Source: Bacteroidales bacterium (GTDB taxonomy: Bacteria; Bacteroidota; Bacteroidia; Bacteroidales; P3). From it: 64,000 bases of DNA. The notes beneath the pieces were generated by a model that made no database searches, was not told the DNA's origin, and saw nothing but the letters and a program-made list of their open reading frames with translations. Below, one piece after another: positions 29,101 through 36,307 of this stretch (the stretch's first letter is position 1; each line of letters starts with the position of its first letter). The stretch is from positions 586 through 64,585 of the forward strand of contig JAFXUY010000063.1 of assembly GCA_017524785.1 (NCBI GenBank), given 5' to 3'. The translations under genes were made by a program, and so were the position numbers.

Positions 29101-29931
29101 TGCGTGGGTACCGCCATCTGCGAACGTCCCACACAGCTTCAGGCCGAAATGACCTTCGTGGACGAGGCCGATGTAACATGGCATGGAACCTCGGCAGCCT
29201 ATGAGCTCTACTACAAACCTTCGGGTGCCAGCGTGTGGAACGTTGAGAACTGCACAACTGCAAGTGCACACCTCACAGGCCTCATCCCCGACACCAACTA
29301 CGATCTCTATGTGGTGGGCATATGCGGCAGCGAAACCTCTACGCCCAGCTTCCCGATAGTGCTCAACACACACTTCGACGTTGTTATCGAACCCTGCGAC
29401 CCCGCCACCGACCTCGTCTACAGCGATGTCTCCACCACATCGGCGGTGCTCAACTGGACAAGCGATGGCTCCGCATGGGAGATAGAGGTCAAACACCTCA
29501 ACGTCACCGACACTATCAACGTCACCGCCAAGCCATATACGCTCACCGACCTCATGCCCACTATGCAGTATAATGTACGCGTGCGTACCGTGTGCGACAA
29601 TATCTTTGTCGAGCCCTACTCGGAGTGGAGCAACACGGTGACCTTCACCACCCAGACCCCCAACCAGGAAAGCATCGACAATGCCGAGAACAGCATGATG
29701 GCCATCTACCCCAACCCCGCCAGCTCTGTTGTCACCATAAGCGTCGCTATGGAAGGCCAGGTCGAGATGAACCTTGTCGACATGAACGGCCGCGTGGTCT
29801 ACACTCATGCAATCAAGCAATCTGACAATAAGACAATCTCTGTCGATGTCAGCATGCTGGCCAAGGGTGCCTACTTCGTCCGTATTGTTGGCGAACAGGC
29901 AACCGCCGTCCGCAAACTGATAGTGAAGTAA
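23125..29931 (+). CDS. giant modular cell-surface protein, T9SS type A (Por_Secre_tail) cargo
   Basis: 2268-aa ORF with signal peptide MKKTLKVLALMALMAVPWAAGAQ. Fibronectin-III-like units (for example TDTFYTFTGLDANSLYHF) alternate with ~190-aa modules starting ACGQ..LPY..F(E/D). The last ~75 aa (MAIYPNPASSVVTISV...GAYFVRIV...KLIVK) look like a T9SS type A sorting domain. Confidence 0.9.
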   Translation: MKKTLKVLALMALMAVPWAAGAQNTLTTCNGTANNEYVPFYGYYADESQHNQLIYPADSLTAMIGQAITQMAFHIDLSASNGSYTAADRMGTWTVSLGSTTATTLSGIDNAMTLTEVYQGYFDCSSGTLTLTFSDGYVYNGGNLLVDLQHAAASWNRWYFLGVNANGAAYCYNSQRNFLPKVTFSYSNPPSCIRPENMTATNITSDGLTLVWSDPANSGASYSIDYWKNNGDTNNVTATDTFYTFTGLDANSLYHFALKAVCSASDESSVLNGTFSTACGGSTCDLTVTAAGQYSSSSYSPTLTLYQNGAELASVNNSTQTVSVCSTDTVIVIYTDATYTWYSRTATILDGGGTTLFNGSTENYSTGDVLLSIATPCPSCIPPMALTTLPDSNQIEFSWTPRSGASQFIVYLGDSMVNDNVTDTFYTFTNLNANTQYTVKVQSVCSSSDSSNIVSKTVRTACGQIALPYSVNFEDIANNGAWYPCWDSTIHAGTDPSVNNVRNHTSGGTYAMYLQATSSESYNLVVSPQIPTAGNNIYVRFWAYRSNGWIKAGVMTNPYDTSTFIPMVTINSGSGWNEYEFRTDTLDASATYYVAWMGYYGTSYSTAIGEIDDIYISEAPTCARITEVTLDTATDDGLTISWVDNVNSNATYTVYCCKDGTTDTMTIYATDTTVSISGLDASSAYNVTVVANCGGDDAEASPAFTFRTACGQMVVPFFDNFDSYANGFWPPCWHRLRNHGTDPSVNAQFHHSGSQSMFLLAENDTTLFCTPSAVPLDGDNIYVRYWAFLNYSSYYTETKWIKAGVMTDTNDMSTFIALDSVTYHNFNNVFEEREFTTANLDHDSVYWVAWMFYSSNNGYGSYNRGAIDDVYISALPSCLRVSSVAVADADSNSITVSWIDNANSSASYTVLVGDSIAAAGVTDTFYTVTGLNANTQYTISVAVECGSETSEAVSATGSTTCTGYAIPYSYGFETENDLACWIAINGASYGGGRNSGDASTGSYSYLFYYGGQSSLTSPLLTGTENGLRVQFKYKRYSTYYSEGFMVGYSTTGNDNNSFVWGPEITDATDSYQTYEAIFPAGVKFVSVKYTTTDNYGIYLDDFNFELPPDCMPVTLLTVDTTTADGATIHWSAPNGASNFIVRLNDSTDYNTTDTVYNISGLSGRTPYSVSVATDCSGDTSDWVSTSFVTGCTGGECEVTVVMTDSYGDGWNGNAVEAYQNNALVGSATITSGHNGTANITVCANMPVEFRFHAGSYPGEISFTIYDGGDEAIYTAAQGSMNGVADGTVLASVADACPTCLKPANVIATYIDSNDLAFSWTVDPQVIEYLVSFNGGIWQSNTIGTYSATGLNPNTAYTFSVKARCDVYDTSNARTITVKTSCGQMVLPYVESFEADAQGNVPSCWTVVRPGYEGYPGVSGSEHTGNNGMTLAAAHNDSTTIATSAVPLAGDSIYVSFWASVNAGNTLQAGVMTDLAYDSTFIPLMSIPSNGSTYTLYEFNTSSLGTIYSNTTFYVAFRLVTGSSNHYADIDDINIRLDEGCMYPANLTANPSATNVDLEWSANGVSMGTYVVQYKTNGATTWDSAGTTPDTTFTILGLSAATAYNARVGLVCGNDTLWTNVSFTTSCAILPLPYFEDFEAYANDVMPPCWGWNTSFCTHWDGGVFFRSYHGGGSEYAVLPQLDGNINKYQIEFDTKVGTPAEQDGILLGVADAAGVLVGWLDTIQDPNHSRNAHVHHVINMVNYSLPFGAARIAFAQYRNWGEWALIDNINIIELPDCLPVDTLAVHNIEDPDHTSFTWSSMGEEAQWQVYVDTVTANIDSVPDSLFTTVTTRNYTIPIGDIQGGGIYTFYVRADCGVDQSSWSSYTFGAGTVIMNNSSVADTVIGCGLVVYDNGGPIAGYLPNSNSALVIRSENAGSELEVFGGAFGFGSSAATLNIYDGEGTDGSLLYTYSIIDGRDTIDSVLATSTTGALTITFTASGNMCHTGYELYIHCVGTAICERPTQLQAEMTFVDEADVTWHGTSAAYELYYKPSGASVWNVENCTTASAHLTGLIPDTNYDLYVVGICGSETSTPSFPIVLNTHFDVVIEPCDPATDLVYSDVSTTSAVLNWTSDGSAWEIEVKHLNVTDTINVTAKPYTLTDLMPTMQYNVRVRTVCDNIFVEPYSEWSNTVTFTTQTPNQESIDNAENSMMAIYPNPASSVVTISVAMEGQVEMNLVDMNGRVVYTHAIKQSDNKTISVDVSMLAKGAYFVRIVGEQATAVRKLIVK

Positions 29932-29946
29932 GCAACTTTACACAAC

Positions 29947-29981
29947 AGAAAAGCCCCGCCGATTGGCGGGGCTTTCTTTTT
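29947..29981. terminator. bidirectional rho-independent terminator
   Basis: AAGCCCCGCC-gatt-GGCGGGGCTT, flanked by an A run upstream and a T run downstream, between convergent genes. Confidence 0.85.
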
Positions 29982-30025
29982 GCTGTTTCGTTGTATCGAC
30001 TTATGTCAATAGCCTGCCGTACTGC

Positions 30026-30418
30026 TTATTTATTGTAGCGCTGGCACTCCTTGGGGGTAACGCAGGTGCCGGTGGCACGAGCCACGAGGATTTTCTCCTC
30101 AAGCACCTCGGCGGCGCTGGCGCTGATCTCGGGCAGGGTGCGGATGACCTTATAGGCCTCGAATTTCATCTTGCGGCTGGTGTTGCCGACGTGGGTGATT
30201 TCGCCATAGGCTTCGATATAGTCGCCTGCATAGACGGGGGCCTTGAACTCGACCATGTCGTAGGCGCAGAAAAGACCTTCGTCGCCATCTTGTTTGATAA
30301 GGAGCTCGGTGGCGACATCGCCAAAGAGGTGAACCATGTGTGCGCCATCAACGAGATTTCCACCGTAGTGGGCGTCCTTGGCGCTCATGCGGACGCGGAG
30401 CATAGATGTAACTGCCAT
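30026..30418 (-). CDS. hotdog-fold protein, 3-aminobutyryl-CoA ammonia-lyase (Kal)-like
   Basis: 130 aa. [36 protein letters not shown] resembles, from memory, the small hotdog enzyme of lysine fermentation. Confidence 0.55.
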   Translation of the reverse strand: MAVTSMLRVRMSAKDAHYGGNLVDGAHMVHLFGDVATELLIKQDGDEGLFCAYDMVEFKAPVYAGDYIEAYGEITHVGNTSRKMKFEAYKVIRTLPEISASAAEVLEEKILVARATGTCVTPKECQRYNK

Positions 30419-30425
30419 ATTTGAA

Positions 30426-31073
30426 TTATTTTTTTATTACATAATCAACAAAGATGCCGGGGGTCTTGACGTTCTCGGGGGCGATGGCACCAGCAGCGAC
30501 AATCTCCTGCGGCTCGACAATGACAGTGTCGGCGGCGGTGGCCATCATGGGGCTGAAGTTCTGGCTCGTGCCCTTGTAGACCAGGTTGCCGGCCTCGTCG
30601 GCAATATTTGCGCCAATGATGGCGACATCGGCACGGACGGGTTTCTCAAGGAGATATTCCTTGCCATCAACGGTGACCTTCTGCTTGCCGTTCTCGACGA
30701 CAGTGCCGAGACCAGTCTGGGTGAGGACACCACCAAGACCTGCGCCGGCAGCACGTATCTGCTCGGCGAGGGTGCCCTGCGGCTGGAGGGTCACTTTCAA
30801 TTCACCGGCATTCATCTGGTCGATAGTGTTGTTGTTGGTGCCAATGTGGGTAGCGATAAGGGCCTTCACCTGATGGTTGGTGATGAGCTTGCCAACACCC
30901 ACTTCCGGATAAGCGGTGTCGTTGCAGATAATGGTCAAGTCCTTAACATTGCGAGCCACCAGCTCGTCGATGAGAGCAATCGGGTTGCCCACGCCAAGGA
31001 AACCTCCGACCATAACGGTCATGCCGTCGTGAATCATGTCGGCGGCCTCTTTTACTGTGACAAATTTCTTCAT
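30426..31073 (-). CDS. 3-oxoacid/acetate CoA-transferase, subunit A
   Basis: [31 protein letters not shown] start; 215 aa, the typical AtoD/ScoA length and motifs. Confidence 0.85.
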   Translation of the reverse strand: MKKFVTVKEAADMIHDGMTVMVGGFLGVGNPIALIDELVARNVKDLTIICNDTAYPEVGVGKLITNHQVKALIATHIGTNNNTIDQMNAGELKVTLQPQGTLAEQIRAAGAGLGGVLTQTGLGTVVENGKQKVTVDGKEYLLEKPVRADVAIIGANIADEAGNLVYKGTSQNFSPMMATAADTVIVEPQEIVAAGAIAPENVKTPGIFVDYVIKK

Positions 31074-31212
31074 AAGAATATACTATTTTTTTGTTAATTG
31101 CGTTACTTAATTCAAAATGCAAATATACTACTTTTTTGCCAATTAGAAAAAAAATTTGTGCAGTTGTCGAATTATGAGTAATTTTGCACCTGCAAAGTAA
31201 TATGAAAGAAGC

Positions 31213-31851
31213 ATGAAAAAGACGCTGTTTTTGACACTTGGACTGCTGTTGCTGACAGCTTTTGCCGTCAGTGCACAGGAATACATAGAGCCCGTGGAAA
31301 AATGGAAAAACGCCGAAGTGTGGGGTAATAATTATCATGGTTGGGCTTTCCATCAAGACTGGGAGGTCGACTTCACAGTCGAGAACCAAGACGGCCGCTT
31401 CACCCCTACCGATGCAGAAATAGCAGAAGCCGAACGTCTCATCCAGAAACGCATCCACTATGTCAACCGTGACCACTACAACCAGCAGGGCGACTGCCCG
31501 GTCATCGACGAACATATGCGCAAGTACCGCCGCCAATACGTCGGTTTCACCAACGACCGCGGCGACCATATCATGTGGGTCAACTTCCTCTGGAGCGACA
31601 CCATCAGCGATGCCAAACTAGCCGACGACATAATCCTCACCCGCGGCCAATGCGGCCATTTCTGGCATATCAAATGCAACCTCGCCACACGCAAGGTCTA
31701 CGGCCTCGAGGTGAACGAAACCGGCGACCTTGAGTTCATTCCGCGTATTAAGAAACCTGCTCCGCGTATAAGCAAGTCGAAGACCGACAAGCAACAGAAA
31801 GTGCGCAAGACCGGCATCATACACCGTCCCGACGAAAAGGTGTTCAATTAA
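31213..31851 (+). CDS. hypothetical secreted protein
   Basis: Signal peptide MKKTLFLTLGLLLLTAFAVSAQ. TAATG coupling to the next gene. Confidence 0.6.
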   Translation: MKKTLFLTLGLLLLTAFAVSAQEYIEPVEKWKNAEVWGNNYHGWAFHQDWEVDFTVENQDGRFTPTDAEIAEAERLIQKRIHYVNRDHYNQQGDCPVIDEHMRKYRRQYVGFTNDRGDHIMWVNFLWSDTISDAKLADDIILTRGQCGHFWHIKCNLATRKVYGLEVNETGDLEFIPRIKKPAPRISKSKTDKQQKVRKTGIIHRPDEKVFN

Positions 31852-32267
31852 TGGAGTTGCGCTCTCTTATCACCAAATTCCTTAAGTTCGGAGTGGTGGG
31901 CGCCAGTGGCATGGTGGTCCACGGCGGCGTGTTGTACCTATTCAAAGAAGTGGTTGGCTTCAACCCGTTTGTGTCCAACACCATAGGTTTCGTCACGGCA
32001 GCAACCACCAACTACATCCTTAACCGCATCTGGACTTTCCGCAGCAAGGAAAAACAGGTCGCTGTGGAATACCTGAAGTTCATCCTTGTCTCTGTGATTG
32101 GACTCGGTATAAACAACGGCACCCTGTGGCTTACCGGACGCATGCTGCCATCGTGGAACGACGACTGGCGCTTCTATTTACTCTGGGTGTTTGCCGTGGG
32201 CGTCACCACTCTGTGGAACTTCTTTGGCAATATGCTATTCACTTTCCGGAAGAAAGAGATTTCTTAA
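31851..32267 (+). CDS. GtrA-family membrane protein
   Basis: KFLKFGVVGASGMVVHGGVLYLF N-terminus, 4 TM, 138 aa. Confidence 0.8.
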   Translation: MELRSLITKFLKFGVVGASGMVVHGGVLYLFKEVVGFNPFVSNTIGFVTAATTNYILNRIWTFRSKEKQVAVEYLKFILVSVIGLGINNGTLWLTGRMLPSWNDDWRFYLLWVFAVGVTTLWNFFGNMLFTFRKKEIS

Positions 32268-33372
32268 GGGCACGTACCCGCTCGGCCGACTCGTGAATAC
32301 GCTCGCCGCTAACAAGGCCCTCTTTCACTAGCTTCTTGATGATTCTCACCGTTTTCGGCACCAACTCGGTGTCATATTTGCCGCCATTGTTGCTCAAGCA
32401 CAGCAGGTCGGCACCGGCCTCTATGGCCATGCGTATTGCCGTTTCGAAGGAGTATTGGTTCACTATGGCACCCATAGCCAAATCGTCGGTCACTATCACC
32501 CCATTGAAGCCCAACGTATCGCGCAAATAAGAGGTGATGACTGGCGACAGCGATGCCGGCAGGCTCGAGGCATCAAGCCTGCGATTAATGACATGCGCCG
32601 TCATCACCATCGGCACCTCCTTTACAAGTCCTCGATAAGGGTCAAGCTCCAATTCCTTCCAGGTATCACTCACATCCACCAAACCCTTGTGTGTGTCGCC
32701 CGTGGCGCTGCCATGGCCGGGGAAATGCTTCATGCAACTCGCCACACCTTGCTTTTTCTGCTCTTCGAGCCATATCTTGCAGCACTTGGCAACCTGCTCG
32801 GACGATGACGAGAAACTACGCCCCATCCTGCCGATAACCGGACAGTCGGGGTTCACATCGACGTCGGCTACGGGAGCGAAATTGAGGTTGATGCCAACTT
32901 CCCGCAGCATCTGCGCCGTCATGCGGGCAGCTCTGCGCACACTGTCGTCACCCCCCATGGCACTGACCTTGTGCGAGGCAACCGGTGTAAAACCGTAGCG
33001 CTGATGCAGACGGCTCACCGCACCACCCTCCTGGTCTATGCCTATCAGCAGGTCGGGCTTCACTCGGCGCAACTGCCTGCACAGGCTTTGCACCTGCTGC
33101 ACTCCTCTGATGTTACGGCCACGCTTGCCGCTCTGCGCATCGTAGTCGAACAATATCACCGAACCCACACGGAAATGTGTCAGGTCGCGCCAGATGTGGT
33201 CGCTGGAGTCCAAAGCTATGCCGCGAAAACCGACTAGGAGCATCTCGCCTATGTCGTCGTCTAGACTGTACTCCGGAGCAATATCGCCTTCAGGCAAAGT
33301 GGGCTTGGAGGCATTGCCGCACGACGTGGCAATGCCGAGAAATACGATTACTGCAATAAGAATCTTTTTCAT
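32239..33372 (-). CDS. glycoside hydrolase family 3 N-terminal-domain protein (beta-N-acetylhexosaminidase, NagZ-like), lipoprotein
   Basis: Lipobox LGIATSCG plus KHFPGHG and GVIVTDDLAMGA motifs. Confidence 0.85.
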   Translation of the reverse strand: MKKILIAVIVFLGIATSCGNASKPTLPEGDIAPEYSLDDDIGEMLLVGFRGIALDSSDHIWRDLTHFRVGSVILFDYDAQSGKRGRNIRGVQQVQSLCRQLRRVKPDLLIGIDQEGGAVSRLHQRYGFTPVASHKVSAMGGDDSVRRAARMTAQMLREVGINLNFAPVADVDVNPDCPVIGRMGRSFSSSSEQVAKCCKIWLEEQKKQGVASCMKHFPGHGSATGDTHKGLVDVSDTWKELELDPYRGLVKEVPMVMTAHVINRRLDASSLPASLSPVITSYLRDTLGFNGVIVTDDLAMGAIVNQYSFETAIRMAIEAGADLLCLSNNGGKYDTELVPKTVRIIKKLVKEGLVSGERIHESAERVRALKKSLSSGK

Positions 33373-33983
33373 CCTTCAAATGGTATTCGGTGTAATATGC
33401 TGCGTCCAAGGGTAATCTCGTCGGTATATTCAAGGCTGTCGCCCACAGCCACGCCACGGGCCAGCGTGGTAACCCTCACACCCAATGGCTGCAGCTGTCG
33501 GTTAAGGTAAAAGTTTGTGGTGTCGCCCTCCATGGTTGTGGGCAATGCCAACACCACCTCCTCCACAGGTGCCGGGTCGCCGGTCTCTATGCGGCGCAAC
33601 AGGCTGGCTATCTCGAGGTCGTGCACGCCTATGCCATCGATGGGCGATATAACGCCGCCCAGAACATGATAGAGTCCGCGGTACTGCTGAGTGTTCTCTA
33701 TTGCCATCACATCCTGCACGTTCTCCACCACACAGACGATGCCCTTCTGCCGCTTCTCGCTGCTGCAGATAGGACACACCTCGGTGTCGCTCACATTATG
33801 GCAATAGCGGCAGTGGTGCAGCTCGGTCTTCAGATGCAGTATGGCTTCGCTCATGTCGCGCACCTTCTGCTCATCCTCCTTCATCAGGTGCAGCGCATAC
33901 CGCAACGCCGACCGCTTGCCCACGCCGGGCAGCGTGGCCAACTGCTCAACAGCCTCCTGCAGTATCTTCGACGGTAAATCCAT
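33369..33983 (-). CDS. recR: recombination protein RecR
   Basis: LPGVGKRSALR helix-hairpin-helix, C4 zinc finger CRYCHNVSDTEVCPIC, and a Toprim domain. Confidence 0.93.
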   Translation of the reverse strand: MDLPSKILQEAVEQLATLPGVGKRSALRYALHLMKEDEQKVRDMSEAILHLKTELHHCRYCHNVSDTEVCPICSSEKRQKGIVCVVENVQDVMAIENTQQYRGLYHVLGGVISPIDGIGVHDLEIASLLRRIETGDPAPVEEVVLALPTTMEGDTTNFYLNRQLQPLGVRVTTLARGVAVGDSLEYTDEITLGRSILHRIPFEG

Positions 33984-33992
33984 CGGCTGCCA

Positions 33993-35741
33993 TTAGCAGA
34001 GGTTCATGCTCTTCTTGATGCTCTCAATCTTGGCGTCGAGGGCGTCGTTGGTCTTGTCGAAGCTGCCCTTGCAGCAGAGCTCGCCTTTGACGCCGAAGTA
34101 GAATTTGATTTTGGGCTCGGTGCCGCTGGGGCGCACCGTGATTTTGTTGCCCTTGTCGGTGAAGAACTGCAGCACATTGCTCTTCGGCAGATCGATAGCA
34201 GTGACTTTGCCGGTAAGCAGGTCCTTGCTTTCATGTGTCTGGTAGTCCTTGATGCACACCACCTTCTCGCCGTCAATCTCGGCGGGCGGGTTGCTGCGGT
34301 AGTCGCGCATCATCTGCTGTATCTCCTCGGCGCCGCTCTTGCCCTTGCGCACAACGCTCACGAGGCCTTCCTTGTAGAAGCCGTACTCACGGTAGATGTC
34401 CACCAGCACATCGAAGAAGGTTTTGCCCTGTTCGGCGGCCCAGGCAGCTATCTCGGCAATCATCGAGCAGGCGGCCACAGCGTCTTTGTCGCGCACAAAA
34501 TCGCCAATCATGTAGCCGTAGCTCTCCTCGCCACCGGCGATGAAGGTCTCCATTCCCTCGAGTTCCTTGATTTTGGCTCCGATAAACTTGAAACCTGTCA
34601 GCACGTCGTAGTATTTCACACCGGCGCGGGTGGCTATGTCGGCCGGCAACTCGCTGGTGACGATGGTCTTCACGATAAACTCGTTGCCCGTGAGCAGCTG
34701 CTTTTCCTGCCACTGGCGGATGATATAATAGAGCAGCACGCTCATGGTCTGGTTGCCGTTGAGCAGCATCCACTCGCCGTCGGGACGCTTCACAGCCACG
34801 CCCACGCGGTCGGCGTCGGGGTCGCTGGCGAAGACGATGTCGGCATCAATCTTTTTTGCAAGATCCACAGCCATGCTCATGGCAGCCTTCTCCTCGGGGT
34901 TGGGGCTGGGGGTGGTGGGGAAGTTGCCGTCGGGCACGGCCTGTGCCTCGACGACATTCACATTGGTGAAACCCAGCTGCTTCAGCATGCGTGGGATGAG
35001 CGTGATGCCCGTGCCGTGGAGCGGCGTGTAGACAATCTTCACATCGCTGTGTTTCTTTATCAGCTCGGGGTTCAGCGCGTTCTTCTGCACACGGTCGAGA
35101 TACACTTTGTCGACGTCCTCGCCGATGATGGTGATATTCTTCTCGCCGCCGGCCATTTTCACGTCAGAGACCGCTTTGATTTTCAGCACCTCGTCGATGA
35201 CGGCGGTGTCGTGCGGCGCGGTCAACTGGCAACCGTCGCTCCAATAGGCCTTGTAGCCGTTGTATTCCTTGGGATTGTGCGAGGCTGTGACCATCACACC
35301 GGTGTGGCAGTTGAAATGGCGCACGGCGAAGCTCAGCTCGGGCGTGGGCCGCATTCCGTCGAACAGATATACATGGAAGCCATTGGCGGCAAGCACCGAG
35401 GCAGTGATTTCGGCAAACTCGCGACTGTGGTTGCGGCTGTCGTGGCTCACGGCGGCACGCAGCTCCTTCTCGCCGGCATTGACCTTCTTCACATAGTTGG
35501 CCAAGCCCTGTGTAGCCATAGCCACCGTATATTTGTTCATTCGGTTGGTGCCCACACCCATGATGCCACGCAAGCCGCCAGTGCCGAATTCCAGATGGCG
35601 GTAGAAACTCTCGTTGAGCTCGGTGGGATTGGCGGCCATATCGCGTATGGCCTGCTTGGTTGCCTCGTCGTAGTCGCCTTCGAGCCAGGCCTTAACATTG
35701 AGCTTTGCGCTCTCGTCGATGTTCAATGTATTTATATCCAT
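33993..35741 (-). CDS. phosphoglucomutase/phosphomannomutase-family phospho-sugar mutase
   Basis: TASHNPKEYNGYK active-site loop; 582 aa. Confidence 0.9.
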   Translation of the reverse strand: MDINTLNIDESAKLNVKAWLEGDYDEATKQAIRDMAANPTELNESFYRHLEFGTGGLRGIMGVGTNRMNKYTVAMATQGLANYVKKVNAGEKELRAAVSHDSRNHSREFAEITASVLAANGFHVYLFDGMRPTPELSFAVRHFNCHTGVMVTASHNPKEYNGYKAYWSDGCQLTAPHDTAVIDEVLKIKAVSDVKMAGGEKNITIIGEDVDKVYLDRVQKNALNPELIKKHSDVKIVYTPLHGTGITLIPRMLKQLGFTNVNVVEAQAVPDGNFPTTPSPNPEEKAAMSMAVDLAKKIDADIVFASDPDADRVGVAVKRPDGEWMLLNGNQTMSVLLYYIIRQWQEKQLLTGNEFIVKTIVTSELPADIATRAGVKYYDVLTGFKFIGAKIKELEGMETFIAGGEESYGYMIGDFVRDKDAVAACSMIAEIAAWAAEQGKTFFDVLVDIYREYGFYKEGLVSVVRKGKSGAEEIQQMMRDYRSNPPAEIDGEKVVCIKDYQTHESKDLLTGKVTAIDLPKSNVLQFFTDKGNKITVRPSGTEPKIKFYFGVKGELCCKGSFDKTNDALDAKIESIKKSMNLC

Positions 35742-35906
35742 GGTGTAACTTGTTTTAGTTTAGTAAGTGCATTAACTAGAAAAACCTCTTTTTATTGTGT
35801 ATTAACCAAAAATTATGCCTTATCGAGCACCAATGCTCGCTGCCATGCCGGCTGCCATCTTGTATTGGTTTTAACCCCGACAACAAGGTTTTCCAACCAA
35901 ATCCAG

Positions 35907-36141
35907 TTAACATAAAAACTGTTAAAACGCGAAAAATCTTACACCCTTTAGCCTCCGCTGGAAATCAGGTAGTTACAGCGGAATTTTTACATATAACACT
36001 CTGTATCAGTGCATGGTAGCCGATAAATGAACATATAACTGCCTATGACACAGCACCCTCTCTATACCCTCTCTTACTACTAACCTAGTATTCTCCTTAT
36101 GAACAATTACTAAAGTAAGAGATGTTAAATTTAACATTTGG
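35907..36141 (+). repeat. ~235-bp dispersed structured intergenic element, copy B
   Basis: Colinear with copy A over 235 nt. Contains the hairpin CCGCTG...CAGCGG + AATTTTT and the palindrome ATGTTAAATTTAACAT. Confidence 0.85.
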
Positions 36142-36294
36142 TGAAGATAAGTTGAACTATGCTTTTTGATGGCGCCTCATCACCTGTTATCCCCCCATTT
36201 GGCCCCTACCGGTCCGAAAATAGTACCGTAGGGCTGAACGCCGCCACGTGAGAACAACAACATTGAGAAATATTGACATTTTCATTTTTTTTCG

Positions 36295-36302
36295 TATCTT
36301 TG
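36295..36302 (+). promoter_or_regulatory. -7 promoter box TATCTTTG upstream of the Xer recombinase gene
   Basis: TTTTTTTTCGTATCTTTGCACCG, with only 5 nt between the box and ATG 36308. Confidence 0.6.
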
Positions 36303-36307
36303 CACCG

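Noticed and set aside
30026-31073. Calling a lysine-fermentation gene cluster.
   Set aside because: Only two of the required genes are present, and the Kal assignment rests on memory of the family. It is reported as an orphan pair rather than a pathway.
34233-35915. 560-aa plus-strand ORF overlapping the phosphoglucomutase-family gene.
   Set aside because: It is antisense to a gene with an unmistakable active-site motif (TASHNPKEYNGYK). Its translation is His/Val/Gly/Leu-rich with no recognisable features, and its 3' end runs into repeat copy B.
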